A DNA stretch of 64,000 nt from Minisyncoccia bacterium (GCA_049297675.1 JBAQUS010000004.1:13188-77187); one strand, 5' to 3'; counted from the stretch's first letter, positions 18,291 through 28,672 are shown. Numbers and translations: made by a program. The notes: generated by a model not told the origin, from the letters alone.

Positions 18291-19165
18291 TATTCTCCCT
18301 TAAGTTTATAGAACAACTTATTACCATACCTCAAATCAATGTATTGTACAGGCAAATCCCCATCATTAGTTAAATTCAGATCTGGAGTTTTTAGTAAAGC
18401 CTCGAGATTATCATAAACTTTGGTGAGCGACTCGGCTGTGTCAAAATATATCTCCGTTCCACCAGAAAGAGTTAATGTAAACTCACCATTATCATTTCCG
18501 ACTATGTATAACGGATTTAGAGATAGCTCTTTGATTTTTGAAACAAAAATGTTTATGTCCCTAAACAAAGTGCTAGATGCCATATACTCCTTTCCTAAGA
18601 TAGATTCACCTGAAATTATTCCGTAATACTTAAAATAAGCGTCCCCGGAAAAATTTGGTGCCATGGCAAAAATAGTGCTATTTTGATCAATGAAATAACA
18701 ATTCTCCAAACTAGCAACCTCACTTATCACACCTTCAATTGTAGCATTATCCCTTCCAGGAACTGTGTTGCACCAAATAGCATAGGGCTTTCTCTCTCTA
18801 ATACTGACTATAAGTGTTTTAAAACCAGTTAATGAGATATCAATTTCTTCAATCCTTTTAAATGATTCCTTTAAATGATTATTTAAACCAGTCTTTGAGT
18901 ACCAAAAAAAGTTGTCTTTTGGAAAAAGCCACAGGTATGATCCTTCCAGATATTCTTTTGATTTTTTTCCTACTTCCTCCTCTGTCACTAAAACACCCCC
19001 AGAAAGCTTGATCTTTGATATTCGAAATTCAGAACGATGAGATATGTAGGAGAAGGCAGAAATAAAAATAATGACAAGCAAAACAGAAAGTCCTAATTTT
19101 ATCTGTCTTTGTTTTCTTTTTTTTCTTAAATATTCCTCTCTGTGTGTTAAATTGCTTATTGGCAT
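18290..19165 (-). CDS. cell division protein FtsQ/DivIB-like (N-terminal TM + POTRA)
   Basis: TM LGLSVLLVIIFISAFSYIS followed by a POTRA-like ISKIKLSGGVLVTEEEV...LIVSIRERKPYAIWC. Confidence 0.5.
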   Translation of the reverse strand: MPISNLTHREEYLRKKRKQRQIKLGLSVLLVIIFISAFSYISHRSEFRISKIKLSGGVLVTEEEVGKKSKEYLEGSYLWLFPKDNFFWYSKTGLNNHLKESFKRIEEIDISLTGFKTLIVSIRERKPYAIWCNTVPGRDNATIEGVISEVASLENCYFIDQNSTIFAMAPNFSGDAYFKYYGIISGESILGKEYMASSTLFRDINIFVSKIKELSLNPLYIVGNDNGEFTLTLSGGTEIYFDTAESLTKVYDNLEALLKTPDLNLTNDGDLPVQYIDLRYGNKLFYKLKGE

Positions 19166-19230
19166 GTGACTAATTTCAAATTTTAATGAGTGTTTTTTAG
19201 AAATTAAAAATTAGAAATTAGAAATTTAGA

Positions 19231-20502
19231 TTATTTTCTTGAAATAATTTTCCTCCCTCCCATGTAAGGCACTAGTACTTCAGGAATTTTTACGGAGCCA
19301 TCTGCCTGCTGATAATTCTCAATAATCATTATGAGTGGTCTACCAGAGAGAGCAGTATTGTTTAGAGAGTGAACAAATCTCATTTTCCCGTTGTCATCTT
19401 TGTAGCGAATATTTAGTCTCCTAGTTTGAAAATCATGGAAATACGAAGCTGAACCAGTTTCTCTATATGTATTCTCACTTGGAAGCCATACCTCGATGTC
19501 ATATTTTTTTACCTGACCTAATCCCAAATCACCTCCACAATTTGCTACAACATGATAAGGAAGTCCGAGTACTTCTGTCATTTCTTCAGTATTTCTTTGA
19601 ACCTCCTCATGTAATCTTACTGACTCCTCGTGACTTGCTTCACACAAAACAACCTGCTCAAACTTGTAAAATTCATGGACTCTTAGAATTCCTTTTGTAT
19701 CTTTTCCATGACTCCCCGCTTCTCTTCTGAATGAGTCAGAAAATGACAAAAACTTCATGGGTAAACTTTTCTTGTCTATTACTTCGTCCATAAAATAACC
19801 CATTGTGGCAACCTCTGCAGTTCCTGAGAGGTATTCTCCATCTTGAGTTTTGTACAAATCCTCCTCTCCCTGTGGAATGTATCCAGTTCCTAGTAATAAT
19901 TCACGTTTTAAAAGTGAAGGAACGATCATCGGAGTAAATCCACTTTTTTTTGCAAAAAAATCTTGAACAAATCTCCACAAGGCAAACTGCAGACTTGCTC
20001 CATCGCCTTTCAAAAAATACCCTCTAAACCCAGCGATCTTTGTCCCTCTTTCCAAATCAAGCATATCTAAGTTTTGCATAATCTCAATGTGACTTTTGGG
20101 AATAAAATCAAACTTTGGAATTTCTCCCCAAACTTTAACTTCCTTATTATCTTTATCATCCAACCCTTCTGGCACAGAAATATCTGGAACGTTAGGAACT
20201 GCAATCATCAGAGTCTGCCATTCATGCATTACTGTTTTTAGTTCCTCCTCCTCTTTTTGCATTTCTTGCTTAAGTGATTGCATTTTTACAATCATCTCAT
20301 TTTTTTCATTTTCATTACTAATATTTACAATTTTTTGACTTACTTCATTTTGCTCTGAACGTTTTTTTTCAACTGAGGTAAGCAAATCCTTTCTTTTATC
20401 ATCAACTAAAATAAGTTTATCAACATCAAAATCAAGGTGTTTTTTTTTGGCACCCATAACCACTGTATCTTTATTTTCTCGAATAAATTTAATATCTAGC
20501 AT
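19231..20502 (-). CDS. serS: serine--tRNA ligase
   Basis: N-terminal coiled-coil arm. Class II core GYFLKGDGASLQFALWRF...REAGSHGKDTKGILRVHEF...GSASYFHDFQTRRLNIRY. Confidence 0.9.
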   Translation of the reverse strand: MLDIKFIRENKDTVVMGAKKKHLDFDVDKLILVDDKRKDLLTSVEKKRSEQNEVSQKIVNISNENEKNEMIVKMQSLKQEMQKEEEELKTVMHEWQTLMIAVPNVPDISVPEGLDDKDNKEVKVWGEIPKFDFIPKSHIEIMQNLDMLDLERGTKIAGFRGYFLKGDGASLQFALWRFVQDFFAKKSGFTPMIVPSLLKRELLLGTGYIPQGEEDLYKTQDGEYLSGTAEVATMGYFMDEVIDKKSLPMKFLSFSDSFRREAGSHGKDTKGILRVHEFYKFEQVVLCEASHEESVRLHEEVQRNTEEMTEVLGLPYHVVANCGGDLGLGQVKKYDIEVWLPSENTYRETGSASYFHDFQTRRLNIRYKDDNGKMRFVHSLNNTALSGRPLIMIIENYQQADGSVKIPEVLVPYMGGRKIISRK

Positions 20503-20544
20503 GATTCTATCAGTTTAACAAAATTTCACTAATATGAGAACCCC

Positions 20545-20597
20545 CGCAGAGGTTGGTAGAAAATGAACATTCTCTACCAAACTCATGCGGGGGAAAA
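20545..20597. terminator. long GC hairpin (cccccgca...tgcggggg with inner ggtaga/tctacc stem)
   Basis: Seen in the sequence. It lies between the serS start and the upstream small gene, acting as terminator for the 20583..20828 ORF. Confidence 0.5.
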
Positions 20598-20828
20598 CAA
20601 ACGAAACAAAAACAGTAGTCCACCTGAAAAAATTAACCAGACAGTAAGACCGGCCAGTAGCGAGACAACTAGGCTTATCACTACGGCCATGCAACCCATT
20701 ACAACTGCCTGATTATCTCCTCTTGACATATACTCTCGACCCTCCTCAGAGCCGATTATGTTTCGCATCGACGCCACAAAAACCAGAATCGCCACTACTG
20801 ACAGAAAAATGTAAGCCTTGGGTTCCAT
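20583..20828 (-). CDS. small membrane protein (2 TM), hypothetical
   Basis: 81-aa ORF with two hydrophobic helices. Confidence 0.35.
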   Translation of the reverse strand: MEPKAYIFLSVVAILVFVASMRNIIGSEEGREYMSRGDNQAVVMGCMAVVISLVVSLLAGLTVWLIFSGGLLFLFRLFSPA

Positions 20829-20908
20829 ACTGCCTCCTTCTATATTTCAGCAGTTTTTAGTAATAAAATCAACTTCAAAGTCTCGGGAATTTGTGTACTA
20901 TTTAGTTC

Positions 20909-21763
20909 ATGATAATTAAGAACCTACCAAGAGAAGACTTTCCGCCCTTACTCCTCCAAATCAACGACCCGCCGAAGTCCTTGAGAATCGTCGGAGAATT
21001 ACCTAAAACCGAAAAATACTTGGCAGTGGTCGGCTCAAGAAAATACAGTGAGTATGGCAAAAATGTTTGTGAAAAACTTATCGAGGGACTTTCTGGATAC
21101 TCTATTACAATAGTATCTGGCTTGGCTCTTGGTATTGATTCAATCGGACACAGGTCGGCGATAAGAGCGGGACTCCCAACAATCGCTATCCCAGGGTCAG
21201 GTTTAGCAGAAGAAGTCCTGTATCCACACAGTCATAAAAATTTAGCAAAAGAGATCGTTGAGAAAGGCGGATGTTTGCTTTCTGAATTCCCTGATACTTA
21301 TCCATCTCTACCAAAAAATTTTCCTGAAAGAAACAGGATCATTGCTGGAATGTCACATGCTACCCTGGTTATTGAAGCGGAACTACAATCAGGTACACTC
21401 ATCACATCCAAACTAGCCACAGAATATAACAGGGACGTCTTTACAGTTCCAAATTCCATTTTTTCCAAAACATCTGAAGGTCCACACATGCTCCTGCGTC
21501 TTGGTGCAACACCAATAACACAGTCAGCAGATATTGTTTCAGCACTTGGGCTAACTCCCCACGATAACTTATTTCAAAAGAGAGATTATAAAAATTGTTC
21601 ATCTGATGAACATGAAGTCATTTCACTACTTTCTGAACCGTTTTCCCGCGATGAAATAATTCGTAAACTAGAAAAGCCTGTTTACGTAACTCAGACCATA
21701 CTAGCCACAATGGAGATCAAAGGACTAATAGAGGAAACAATGGGAGAAATACACTTAAAATAA
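20909..21763 (+). CDS. dprA: DNA processing protein DprA (Smf)
   Basis: VVGSRKYSEYG...IVSGLALGIDSIGHRSAIRAG...RNRIIAGMSHATLVIEA...SGTLITS (DprA Rossmann domain). Confidence 0.85.
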   Translation: MIIKNLPREDFPPLLLQINDPPKSLRIVGELPKTEKYLAVVGSRKYSEYGKNVCEKLIEGLSGYSITIVSGLALGIDSIGHRSAIRAGLPTIAIPGSGLAEEVLYPHSHKNLAKEIVEKGGCLLSEFPDTYPSLPKNFPERNRIIAGMSHATLVIEAELQSGTLITSKLATEYNRDVFTVPNSIFSKTSEGPHMLLRLGATPITQSADIVSALGLTPHDNLFQKRDYKNCSSDEHEVISLLSEPFSRDEIIRKLEKPVYVTQTILATMEIKGLIEETMGEIHLK

Positions 21764-21803
21764 ATTTCTAATTAACATAATTTCTAATTTCTAAATAAAA
21801 ACA

Positions 21804-22154
21804 ATGAACAACAACTCAAAATATGATCTCGAAGAGAGGACTGCAAAGTTTGGAGAAAATATAATAGTATTTTGTAAAGACTTGCCTAAAAATGAAATAA
21901 CCAAACCCTTAATCAATCAACTAATAAAATGTGGCACCAGTGTTGGTGCAAATTATTGCGAAGCAGACGATGCAGAGAGTAAAGCTGATTTTAAACATAA
22001 AATTGGAATTTGTAAAAAAGAAGCAAGAGAATCAAAACATTTCTTAAGAATGGTGGTTACAGCAGCACCAGAAACTAAATCGAGTGCAACAAAACTTTGG
22101 TTAGAGGCAAAAGAAATAAACTTAATTTTTAATTCGATATACAAAAAGTGCTAA
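21804..22154 (+). CDS. four-helix-bundle protein (TIGR02436 family; often found in 23S rRNA intervening sequences)
   Basis: GTSVGANYCEADDAESKADFKHKIGICKKEARESKHFLRMV matches the family signature. Flanked by aatttctaatt / aattagaaatt repeat clusters. Confidence 0.65.
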   Translation: MNNNSKYDLEERTAKFGENIIVFCKDLPKNEITKPLINQLIKCGTSVGANYCEADDAESKADFKHKIGICKKEARESKHFLRMVVTAAPETKSSATKLWLEAKEINLIFNSIYKKC

Positions 22155-22266
22155 TTGAGTATTGTGACTTATTTAGAAATTAGGTTAATTAGAAATTAGA
22201 AATTTAAATATAAATTTGCTTTTTATAATATTTTTCTGTAATACTTAGTAAACAAAATAAAATAGT

Positions 22267-24516
22267 ATGAAATTACTTATTGTCGAATCCCCTGCCAAAG
22301 CTAAAACCATTTCAAAATATTTGGATGGCAAATATAAAGTGGTCGCATCTGTTGGTCATATTCGCGATTTGCCAAAATCAAACAAAAAAGCCATCGACAT
22401 CGAGGGTGGGTTTATTCCGCATTACGAAATATCCAAAGGTAAAGAACGTATTGTAAAAGAACTCCATGATCTTGCAGACAAAGCAGATGAGATACTTTTG
22501 GCAACTGACCCCGACCGAGAAGGCGAAGCTATCGCCTGGCATATTGCCCAAGCCACAAAGCTCAAAAATCCGAAGAGAGTAGTTTTTAACGAAATCACTA
22601 AAGAGGCAGTGACTGAAGCGGTAGAGCATCCTAGAAAGATAGATATGAATCTCAAGGAAGCACAGGAAGCAAGGAGAGTCTTAGATCGCTTAGTGGGTTA
22701 CGACCTATCCGGACTTATTTGGAAAAAGGTTCGTTACGGTCTGTCAGCTGGTAGAGTTCAATCCCCTGCTCTTCGAATAATAATGGAGCGTGAGCGTGAA
22801 ATCCGAGCTTTCAAACCTGAAGATTACTGGGTTATCTCCGCCTTAGTTTCCCCTACTTCGGATATAGGGGAAAAATTCACAACAATATGTGAGGAAGAGC
22901 CGAGAGATAAGAAGGAGTTTGAAAAAATTGTTGAGCTTACGGAAAAAGCCGGAAAGGAAAAAAGATGGAGAGTTGTAGATGTTAAAGAAACTGAAGCCAA
23001 AAAAACTCCAAAGCCTCCTTTTATTACTTCAACACTTCAGCAGTCAGCTTCTTCGAGACTAGGATTTTCTCCATCGAGAACAATGGGTATCGCTCAGAAA
23101 CTTTATGAAGCTGGATATATTACATACATGAGAACAGACTCTACAAATCTTTCAAATCAAGCTCTGGGAGATATTGGTCAAACTGTTGAGAAAAAATATG
23201 GAAAGGAGTTTTTACAAATTAGAAAATATGCAACAAAAAGTAAAAACGCACAGGAAGCCCATGAAGCTATCCGCCCAACACACTTTAGTGTAGAAAACGC
23301 CGGTCACAACGAAGAGCAGATAAAACTTTACAAACTTATATGGCAGAGGACCTTATCATCACAGATGGTTGATGCACAAATGATAAGAACAAAAATTTCA
23401 ACTAACGTTCACAATACTAATATACGAATTAATGCGAATGAAACGAATGAAAGTCAAATTCCGGACTTTTCAATAACTGGTTCGAGAGTTAAATCACCTG
23501 GGTGGCTTTTGGCAGATCCAGCCTCTCGTGGTGAAGAAGTGGAACTACCAAAAGTAGTGAAAGATGAAAAATTAGATTTAATAAAAATAAATACTGAGGA
23601 AAAACAAACCGAGCCACCAGGAAGATATTCGGAGGCTGGGCTAGTAAAGGAGCTTGAAAAAAGAGGTATCGGCAGACCTTCTACGTACGCATCAATCATT
23701 AAGACTTTGGAGGATAGAGGTTATGTTGAGAAAATAAACAAAGCTTTAGTGCCAACAGATACGGGTGATGTGGTTTCGTCTTTTCTTGAGGACAACTTCC
23801 CTACTTATATAAGTGATGATTTTACGGCACACATGGAAGATGATTTAGATGAGATAGCTCTAGGTAAGAAAGAGTACATCAAAACTCTAAGTGATTTTTA
23901 TAAACCATTTTCTAAGGAAGTTAAGAGCAAAGAAAAAATGGATAAAGTCACAAACATGGGTGATGCTGATCCGAAAATGAAATGCCCAACTTGCGGAGAC
24001 TCTATGATAATAAAACTTTCCAGAAATGGAAAATTTTTATCGTGTTCTCGATATCCTGAATGCGAGGGAGCACTGACGATGGATGGATTAGAGATAAAGA
24101 AAGATGAACCAATTGGTATCGACCCTGAGTCAGGACTGCAAGTTTTTATTCAAGTCGGGAAATATGGTCCATATGTTCAGTTGGGTGAAAGGGTGAAAGG
24201 AAAAGGAAGCAAGAAAGCATTGAAACCCAGGATGGCAAGCATCCCGAAAGAGAAACCTCTAAACGAAGTATCAATGGAAGATGCTATGAAATATCTCTCT
24301 CTTCCAAAAGTTTTAGGTTCACACCCAGAGACTGGTGAGACCATTACTGCAAATATAGGTCGCTTTGGGCCTTACATAGCTCATAATACCAAACCTAAAG
24401 CTGACTTCCGTTCGCTTAAAGTGGATGATGTTTACGAAATCGAGCTTCCTCGAGCACTAGAAATTCTGAAGGAAGAGAAAAAAAAGCGTGGATTTTTGAG
24501 AAAAAAGAAAGCTTAG
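22267..24516 (+). CDS. topA: DNA topoisomerase I
   Basis: Toprim N-terminus MKLLIVESPAKAKTISKYL...VVASVGHIRDLP. Active-site Tyr region. C-terminal zinc ribbon CPTCGDSMIIK...CSRYPEC. Confidence 0.95.
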   Translation: MKLLIVESPAKAKTISKYLDGKYKVVASVGHIRDLPKSNKKAIDIEGGFIPHYEISKGKERIVKELHDLADKADEILLATDPDREGEAIAWHIAQATKLKNPKRVVFNEITKEAVTEAVEHPRKIDMNLKEAQEARRVLDRLVGYDLSGLIWKKVRYGLSAGRVQSPALRIIMEREREIRAFKPEDYWVISALVSPTSDIGEKFTTICEEEPRDKKEFEKIVELTEKAGKEKRWRVVDVKETEAKKTPKPPFITSTLQQSASSRLGFSPSRTMGIAQKLYEAGYITYMRTDSTNLSNQALGDIGQTVEKKYGKEFLQIRKYATKSKNAQEAHEAIRPTHFSVENAGHNEEQIKLYKLIWQRTLSSQMVDAQMIRTKISTNVHNTNIRINANETNESQIPDFSITGSRVKSPGWLLADPASRGEEVELPKVVKDEKLDLIKINTEEKQTEPPGRYSEAGLVKELEKRGIGRPSTYASIIKTLEDRGYVEKINKALVPTDTGDVVSSFLEDNFPTYISDDFTAHMEDDLDEIALGKKEYIKTLSDFYKPFSKEVKSKEKMDKVTNMGDADPKMKCPTCGDSMIIKLSRNGKFLSCSRYPECEGALTMDGLEIKKDEPIGIDPESGLQVFIQVGKYGPYVQLGERVKGKGSKKALKPRMASIPKEKPLNEVSMEDAMKYLSLPKVLGSHPETGETITANIGRFGPYIAHNTKPKADFRSLKVDDVYEIELPRALEILKEEKKKRGFLRKKKA

Positions 24517-24549
24517 TAACTTTCCTTTAAAGTTATATAATTATATCTT

Positions 24550-25953
24550 GTGAATGATCTAAAAGAAATAACCTCTTTGATGCTAAATCCGACGGAGAAT
24601 GATATTTCTCTTGTCGAAAAAGCCTTTAGTTTTGCTAAAAAGGCTCATGAAGGTAGTATGAGAAAAAGTGGTGAACCTTATTTTAACCATGTTTTTGGCA
24701 CCGCGAAAAATATTGCTGAGATTGGCATGGGAGCTACCACAATAGCTTCTGGACTTTTGCATGACACTATTGAGGACACAAAAGTAACCGAGGAGGAAAT
24801 CGAGAGAGAATTCGGAAGTGAGATATTGTTCCTAGTTGAAGGTGTAACCAAGCTCGGTAAATTGAAATATCACGGTACTGAGAGATATAACGAGAGTCTA
24901 AGAAAGCTTTTTGTGGCAACTTCAAAAGATATTAGGGTTCTTATCATAAAACTCTGTGACAGGCTTAATAATATGCAAACTCTTTCTGCCATTCCGAAGG
25001 AGAAACAAATTCGTATTGCTAAAGAAACTCTTGAGATATATGCACCTATCGCCTACCGGCTGGGCATAAAGAAACTCCAGAGAGATCTAGAGGACACTTC
25101 TTTCGGCTACGTATATCCAAAAGAATATGAGGAAATAAAAAAGATTTTGAATGTAAAGAAGAACGAAGTCGAGAAACATCTTGATAAATTTCAAAAGTCA
25201 TTAAAAAAGGAGTTGGCAAAAAACGATATTACAGATTTTAAGATTGATTACAGAGTAAAAAGCCTATACTCACTTTATAAAAAATTACAAAAATACAAAT
25301 GGAATGTTGAATCAGTTTACGATATTTCAGCCATTCGCATAACTGTTCCAGAGATTTCCGATTGTTATAGAGTTTTAGGAGTAGTTCACGGATCATGGAG
25401 ACCACTTCCTGAGAGAATAAAAGACTACATTGCATCCCCTAAGCTAAACGGGTATAGATCGATACACACGACTATTTTCACAGGAGATGGTGGAATTATA
25501 GAGGTCCAGATCCGAACTGAGGAGATGCATAAGGAAGCGGAGTACGGTATCGCTTCTCATTTATCGTACAAGCAAGGAGGAAAATCCGCCACTGGCTGGA
25601 TAAAAGACTTGATAGAATATCAAAAAGAAGCTGGCGACGAATTCATTGAAAACATAAAGACTGACTTTTTCGAGGAGAGAATTTTTATTTTCACCCCCAT
25701 AGGAGACGTCATGGACCTACCCAAAGGCTCATCAGTTATAGACTTTGCCTATGCTGTTCACACTGATATTGGAGACCACATGTCGGGGGCAAAAATAAAC
25801 GGTAAATTTGTGGCAATCACTACCACGCTTCAAAACGGCGACAGGGTTGAGATAGAAACCAAAAAATCCGCCAAGCCAAGCTCCAAGTGGCTAGAGTTCT
25901 GCAAGACTACCGTTGCCCGTCGAAAAATCCAACATTCACTCGAGAGAAAATAA
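24550..25953 (+). CDS. bifunctional (p)ppGpp synthetase/hydrolase, Rel/SpoT family (HD + synthetase + TGS; no ACT domain)
   Basis: HD motif LLHDTIEDT, synthetase motif YRSIHTTI, TGS-like C-terminus. GTG start per the ORF track. Confidence 0.85.
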   Translation: MNDLKEITSLMLNPTENDISLVEKAFSFAKKAHEGSMRKSGEPYFNHVFGTAKNIAEIGMGATTIASGLLHDTIEDTKVTEEEIEREFGSEILFLVEGVTKLGKLKYHGTERYNESLRKLFVATSKDIRVLIIKLCDRLNNMQTLSAIPKEKQIRIAKETLEIYAPIAYRLGIKKLQRDLEDTSFGYVYPKEYEEIKKILNVKKNEVEKHLDKFQKSLKKELAKNDITDFKIDYRVKSLYSLYKKLQKYKWNVESVYDISAIRITVPEISDCYRVLGVVHGSWRPLPERIKDYIASPKLNGYRSIHTTIFTGDGGIIEVQIRTEEMHKEAEYGIASHLSYKQGGKSATGWIKDLIEYQKEAGDEFIENIKTDFFEERIFIFTPIGDVMDLPKGSSVIDFAYAVHTDIGDHMSGAKINGKFVAITTTLQNGDRVEIETKKSAKPSSKWLEFCKTTVARRKIQHSLERK

Positions 25954-25961
25954 TCACTACA

Positions 25962-26043
25962 CAAAATTTCTTTCTCACTATTTATTTTTCCAGACCGCAT
26001 AAATCCTTGGTAGGATTTTGCTTAGCCTCGGCACTCTAAGAGA
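25962..26043. repeat. ~80-bp conserved intergenic element (caaaatttctttctcac...tttttccagaccgcataaa...ttgcttagcctcg...tctaaga), copy 1
   Basis: ~80% identical to 63919-64000. Both copies sit immediately downstream of a + strand gene stop. Confidence 0.6.
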
Positions 26044-26310
26044 CTCATCAAAGGATTACCTTTGTGATTCTCTAAAGTGCCTGCGGAGTCTTCCGAAGAG
26101 TTCACACTGACTACTGCGTCGGATATAAGACTTCGCATGCTAAACCTCCCTGTTCTTGCAAAAGGATACCAATCAAATCTAGTTTTGTCAAAAAATATTT
26201 TACAAATAAATAAACGAAGACTCCCATCGCTTGTTCACAATTGTGGCAAAAAATTCTCACAATGAGAACATGATGAATAAAATCTCGTTGACTTGTAATT
26301 TTTTCAGAAT

Positions 26311-26368
26311 ATGTCGGAAGCCGAAGAGACCGAGACTTAAAGGAAAATTTCAGCAGAAATTTATCATG
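26311..26368. repeat. ~58-bp repeated element (atgtcggaag...cttaaaggaaaattttcagcagaaatttatcatgg), second copy of the 5597-5655 element
   Basis: The 3' ~30 nt (ttaaRggaaaattttcagcagaaaWtta) are nearly identical between copies. Confidence 0.55.
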
Positions 26369-26414
26369 GTTCTGAAAAAATTATAAGGAAAAAGAGATTT
26401 TGTAATTGAAGTTT

Positions 26415-27461
26415 TTATATGCTGAAGTTTTTGATGGAGTATAATTCTTCATCACTGCTATTTTCATCTCGAGACTTCTCTAGAGGTGTTCGGTCGTCCA
26501 TTTCCTTTAGGTCGCTTATAGTAAGGTCAACTGCAGTTGAGTCGTTAATATAGTTTGGAACATTTTCGTTTTTTGGGGGAATGGGATTTTCTACAATATG
26601 TTTATCTAACATTTCTGTGCCAGTCATTTTTTGATTGGATTTTATAAGTTCGAGAATTTGATGGAGGTCTTCGTTTGAGAAATAATCTATAAGAATTTTC
26701 CCGCCATTTTCTCTTTTCTCGATCGAAACCCTTGTTCCTAGTGTCTCTGTTAGTCTCTCTTCCATCTCCTGCGTTTCAGGATCTAGTGTAGCTCCCTTCT
26801 TTTTTATTTTGTCATAGGCAATCCTCCTACCAATTGCTTCGGTTTCCCTAACGGTCAATTTTTTATACATTATTTCCTTAAACAGTGTTTGTTGTTCGTC
26901 TGGTCTGTCACCCAGCATCATGAGGGGTCTTGCATGACCCTCTGTGATCTTGCCTTGAGAGATAGCATCTAGAATCTCCTTGGGAAGGGCTAAGAGCCTT
27001 ACGGAGTTTGAAACATATTCACGGCTCTTTCCAACTTTCTTGCCAATCTCATGGTGTTTAAAACCAAACTCATCAATAAGTCTTTGAAAAGCTCTGGCTC
27101 TATCAACAGGATTTAGATCCTCTCTTTGGATATTTTCTATTATTGCTAACTCAAGCTTCAATAAATCATTTTCTTCATCCCCTACTTTTATAAGTGCAGG
27201 CACTTGAGAAAGCCCGGCTATCTTCGATGCTCGAAGTCGTCTTTCGCCCGCTATGAGTTCATACTGAACATCGAGTCCTCCATCTTCTTTTTGAATCTCC
27301 TTTCGAGTGACAACGAGTGCTTGCAAAACTCCGTACTGCCTTATTGAATCTGCAAGAGACTGGAGTTCAGCTTCGTTAAATTCCCTTCTAGGTTGAAAGG
27401 GGTTAGGAATTATTTTGTCTACATCTATCCAGAAAATTGAATCCTTATAAAACTGGGACAT
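26415..27461 (-). CDS. parB: ParB/Spo0J family chromosome partitioning protein
   Basis: ParB box LIAGERRLRASKIAG, HTH HHEIGKKVGKSREYVSNSVRLL, C-terminal extension. Confidence 0.85.
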   Translation of the reverse strand: MSQFYKDSIFWIDVDKIIPNPFQPRREFNEAELQSLADSIRQYGVLQALVVTRKEIQKEDGGLDVQYELIAGERRLRASKIAGLSQVPALIKVGDEENDLLKLELAIIENIQREDLNPVDRARAFQRLIDEFGFKHHEIGKKVGKSREYVSNSVRLLALPKEILDAISQGKITEGHARPLMMLGDRPDEQQTLFKEIMYKKLTVRETEAIGRRIAYDKIKKKGATLDPETQEMEERLTETLGTRVSIEKRENGGKILIDYFSNEDLHQILELIKSNQKMTGTEMLDKHIVENPIPPKNENVPNYINDSTAVDLTISDLKEMDDRTPLEKSRDENSSDEELYSIKNFSI

Positions 27462-27535
27462 AAAATAGTTAAAGTTTGTAAAGTTATAAAGTTTGTAAAG
27501 TTATGAGATCATTTTATCACATAAGAAAATCTGGC

Positions 27536-28672
27536 TCAATCAAAATCTCCGACTAGTTCTGGCTCTATCCTAAGCCTTATTCCAAATTCTTTATACACTT
27601 TTTCTGACACCTCTTTTGAAAGATTGTAAATATCCTTGGCCTTAGCACGACCAGTAAAGTTATTTATTACCCCAGCATGACTCTCTAAAATCTTTGCACC
27701 CCCTCTGGATTTTCCTCTGTAGCCAAGTATCTCCACAAACAATCCTGGTGTAACTTTCATACCCTGCTTAACCCTAAATACACTTTTTTTGTCTACCATT
27801 TCTTGTGCCTTTTTATTGTGACCCATCTTTCTTAATTTATGAATTATTGAATCGAATGTTTTTGAATTTACGGATTTGGCATTCCAGAAACTGCCGACAG
27901 AACCATTCTTAGGACTGCCGGGAAATGGAAATTTGTTATCTCTTACTGAAATAATTGCCATCCTCAATGTTTTTAAACTAGGAATAATTTTAGGATGATT
28001 CTCAAAGTACTTCTTTAGATCGTTGTATTCAAAATTTAGTTTTCCTTTTTTCCATAATCGAAAGACTATACTTGTTACAACATATTTATTTTTATATTTT
28101 CTAGGATCATTTAAACAACTTTTTCTATAAGAAAATTTTATTTCTTTTCTGGATAAGATTTTCTCTTTTAGGGTTTTTCTATTTATTACTTTCACAAAAA
28201 CAACACTACTTGAAACTTCCTGACCGTATGCGCCTATATTCTGGACAACTGAAGCACCAACAGTTCCAGGAATATGTGAGAGATTTTCAACTCCATATAG
28301 TTTCTGATTTACTGAAAACTTAGCAAAATCATCCCAAATTTCACCGGAAAAAACCTCATAATCCCTATACTTACTACTCTCTCTCACAACCTTCACACCT
28401 CTCAAATTTACTTTTATAACTAATCCAGAAAAACCACTATCTGAAACAATAATATTACTTCCTCCCCCAAGAATAAAAACTGGAACTCTTTTTTCTTTTG
28501 CAAAAATTAAAGCCATTTTTAGTTCAGCGAGACTAGATACTGATGCAAAAAACCTTGCTTTACCTCCTACATGCATGCTTGTTAGAGGTTTAAGACTATG
28601 ATTTTCTTTAATCTTCATATTCAGCCCAAATATACCATATATGATATAATCGCCAACGTGGAAAAAACTCAA
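27536..28672 (-). CDS. murB: UDP-N-acetylenolpyruvoylglucosamine reductase
   Basis: FAD-binding PCMH N-terminus (HVGGKARFF...ILGGGSNIIV) and MurB C-terminal domain. Confidence 0.85.
   Translation of the reverse strand: MSFFHVGDYIIYGIFGLNMKIKENHSLKPLTSMHVGGKARFFASVSSLAELKMALIFAKEKRVPVFILGGGSNIIVSDSGFSGLVIKVNLRGVKVVRESSKYRDYEVFSGEIWDDFAKFSVNQKLYGVENLSHIPGTVGASVVQNIGAYGQEVSSSVVFVKVINRKTLKEKILSRKEIKFSYRKSCLNDPRKYKNKYVVTSIVFRLWKKGKLNFEYNDLKKYFENHPKIIPSLKTLRMAIISVRDNKFPFPGSPKNGSVGSFWNAKSVNSKTFDSIIHKLRKMGHNKKAQEMVDKKSVFRVKQGMKVTPGLFVEILGYRGKSRGGAKILESHAGVINNFTGRAKAKDIYNLSKEVSEKVYKEFGIRLRIEPELVGDFD

Noticed and set aside
19195-22208. CRISPR array suspicion from the tandem aattagaaatt repeats
   Set aside because: The repeats are only about 11 nt and occur in both orientations. 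There are no regular 25-40 nt spacers and no cas genes, so this is not a CRISPR array.
26077-26265. 62-aa ORF in the long 25954-26414 spacer
   Set aside because: No RBS, no motif, and it lies among repeat elements. More likely non-coding.
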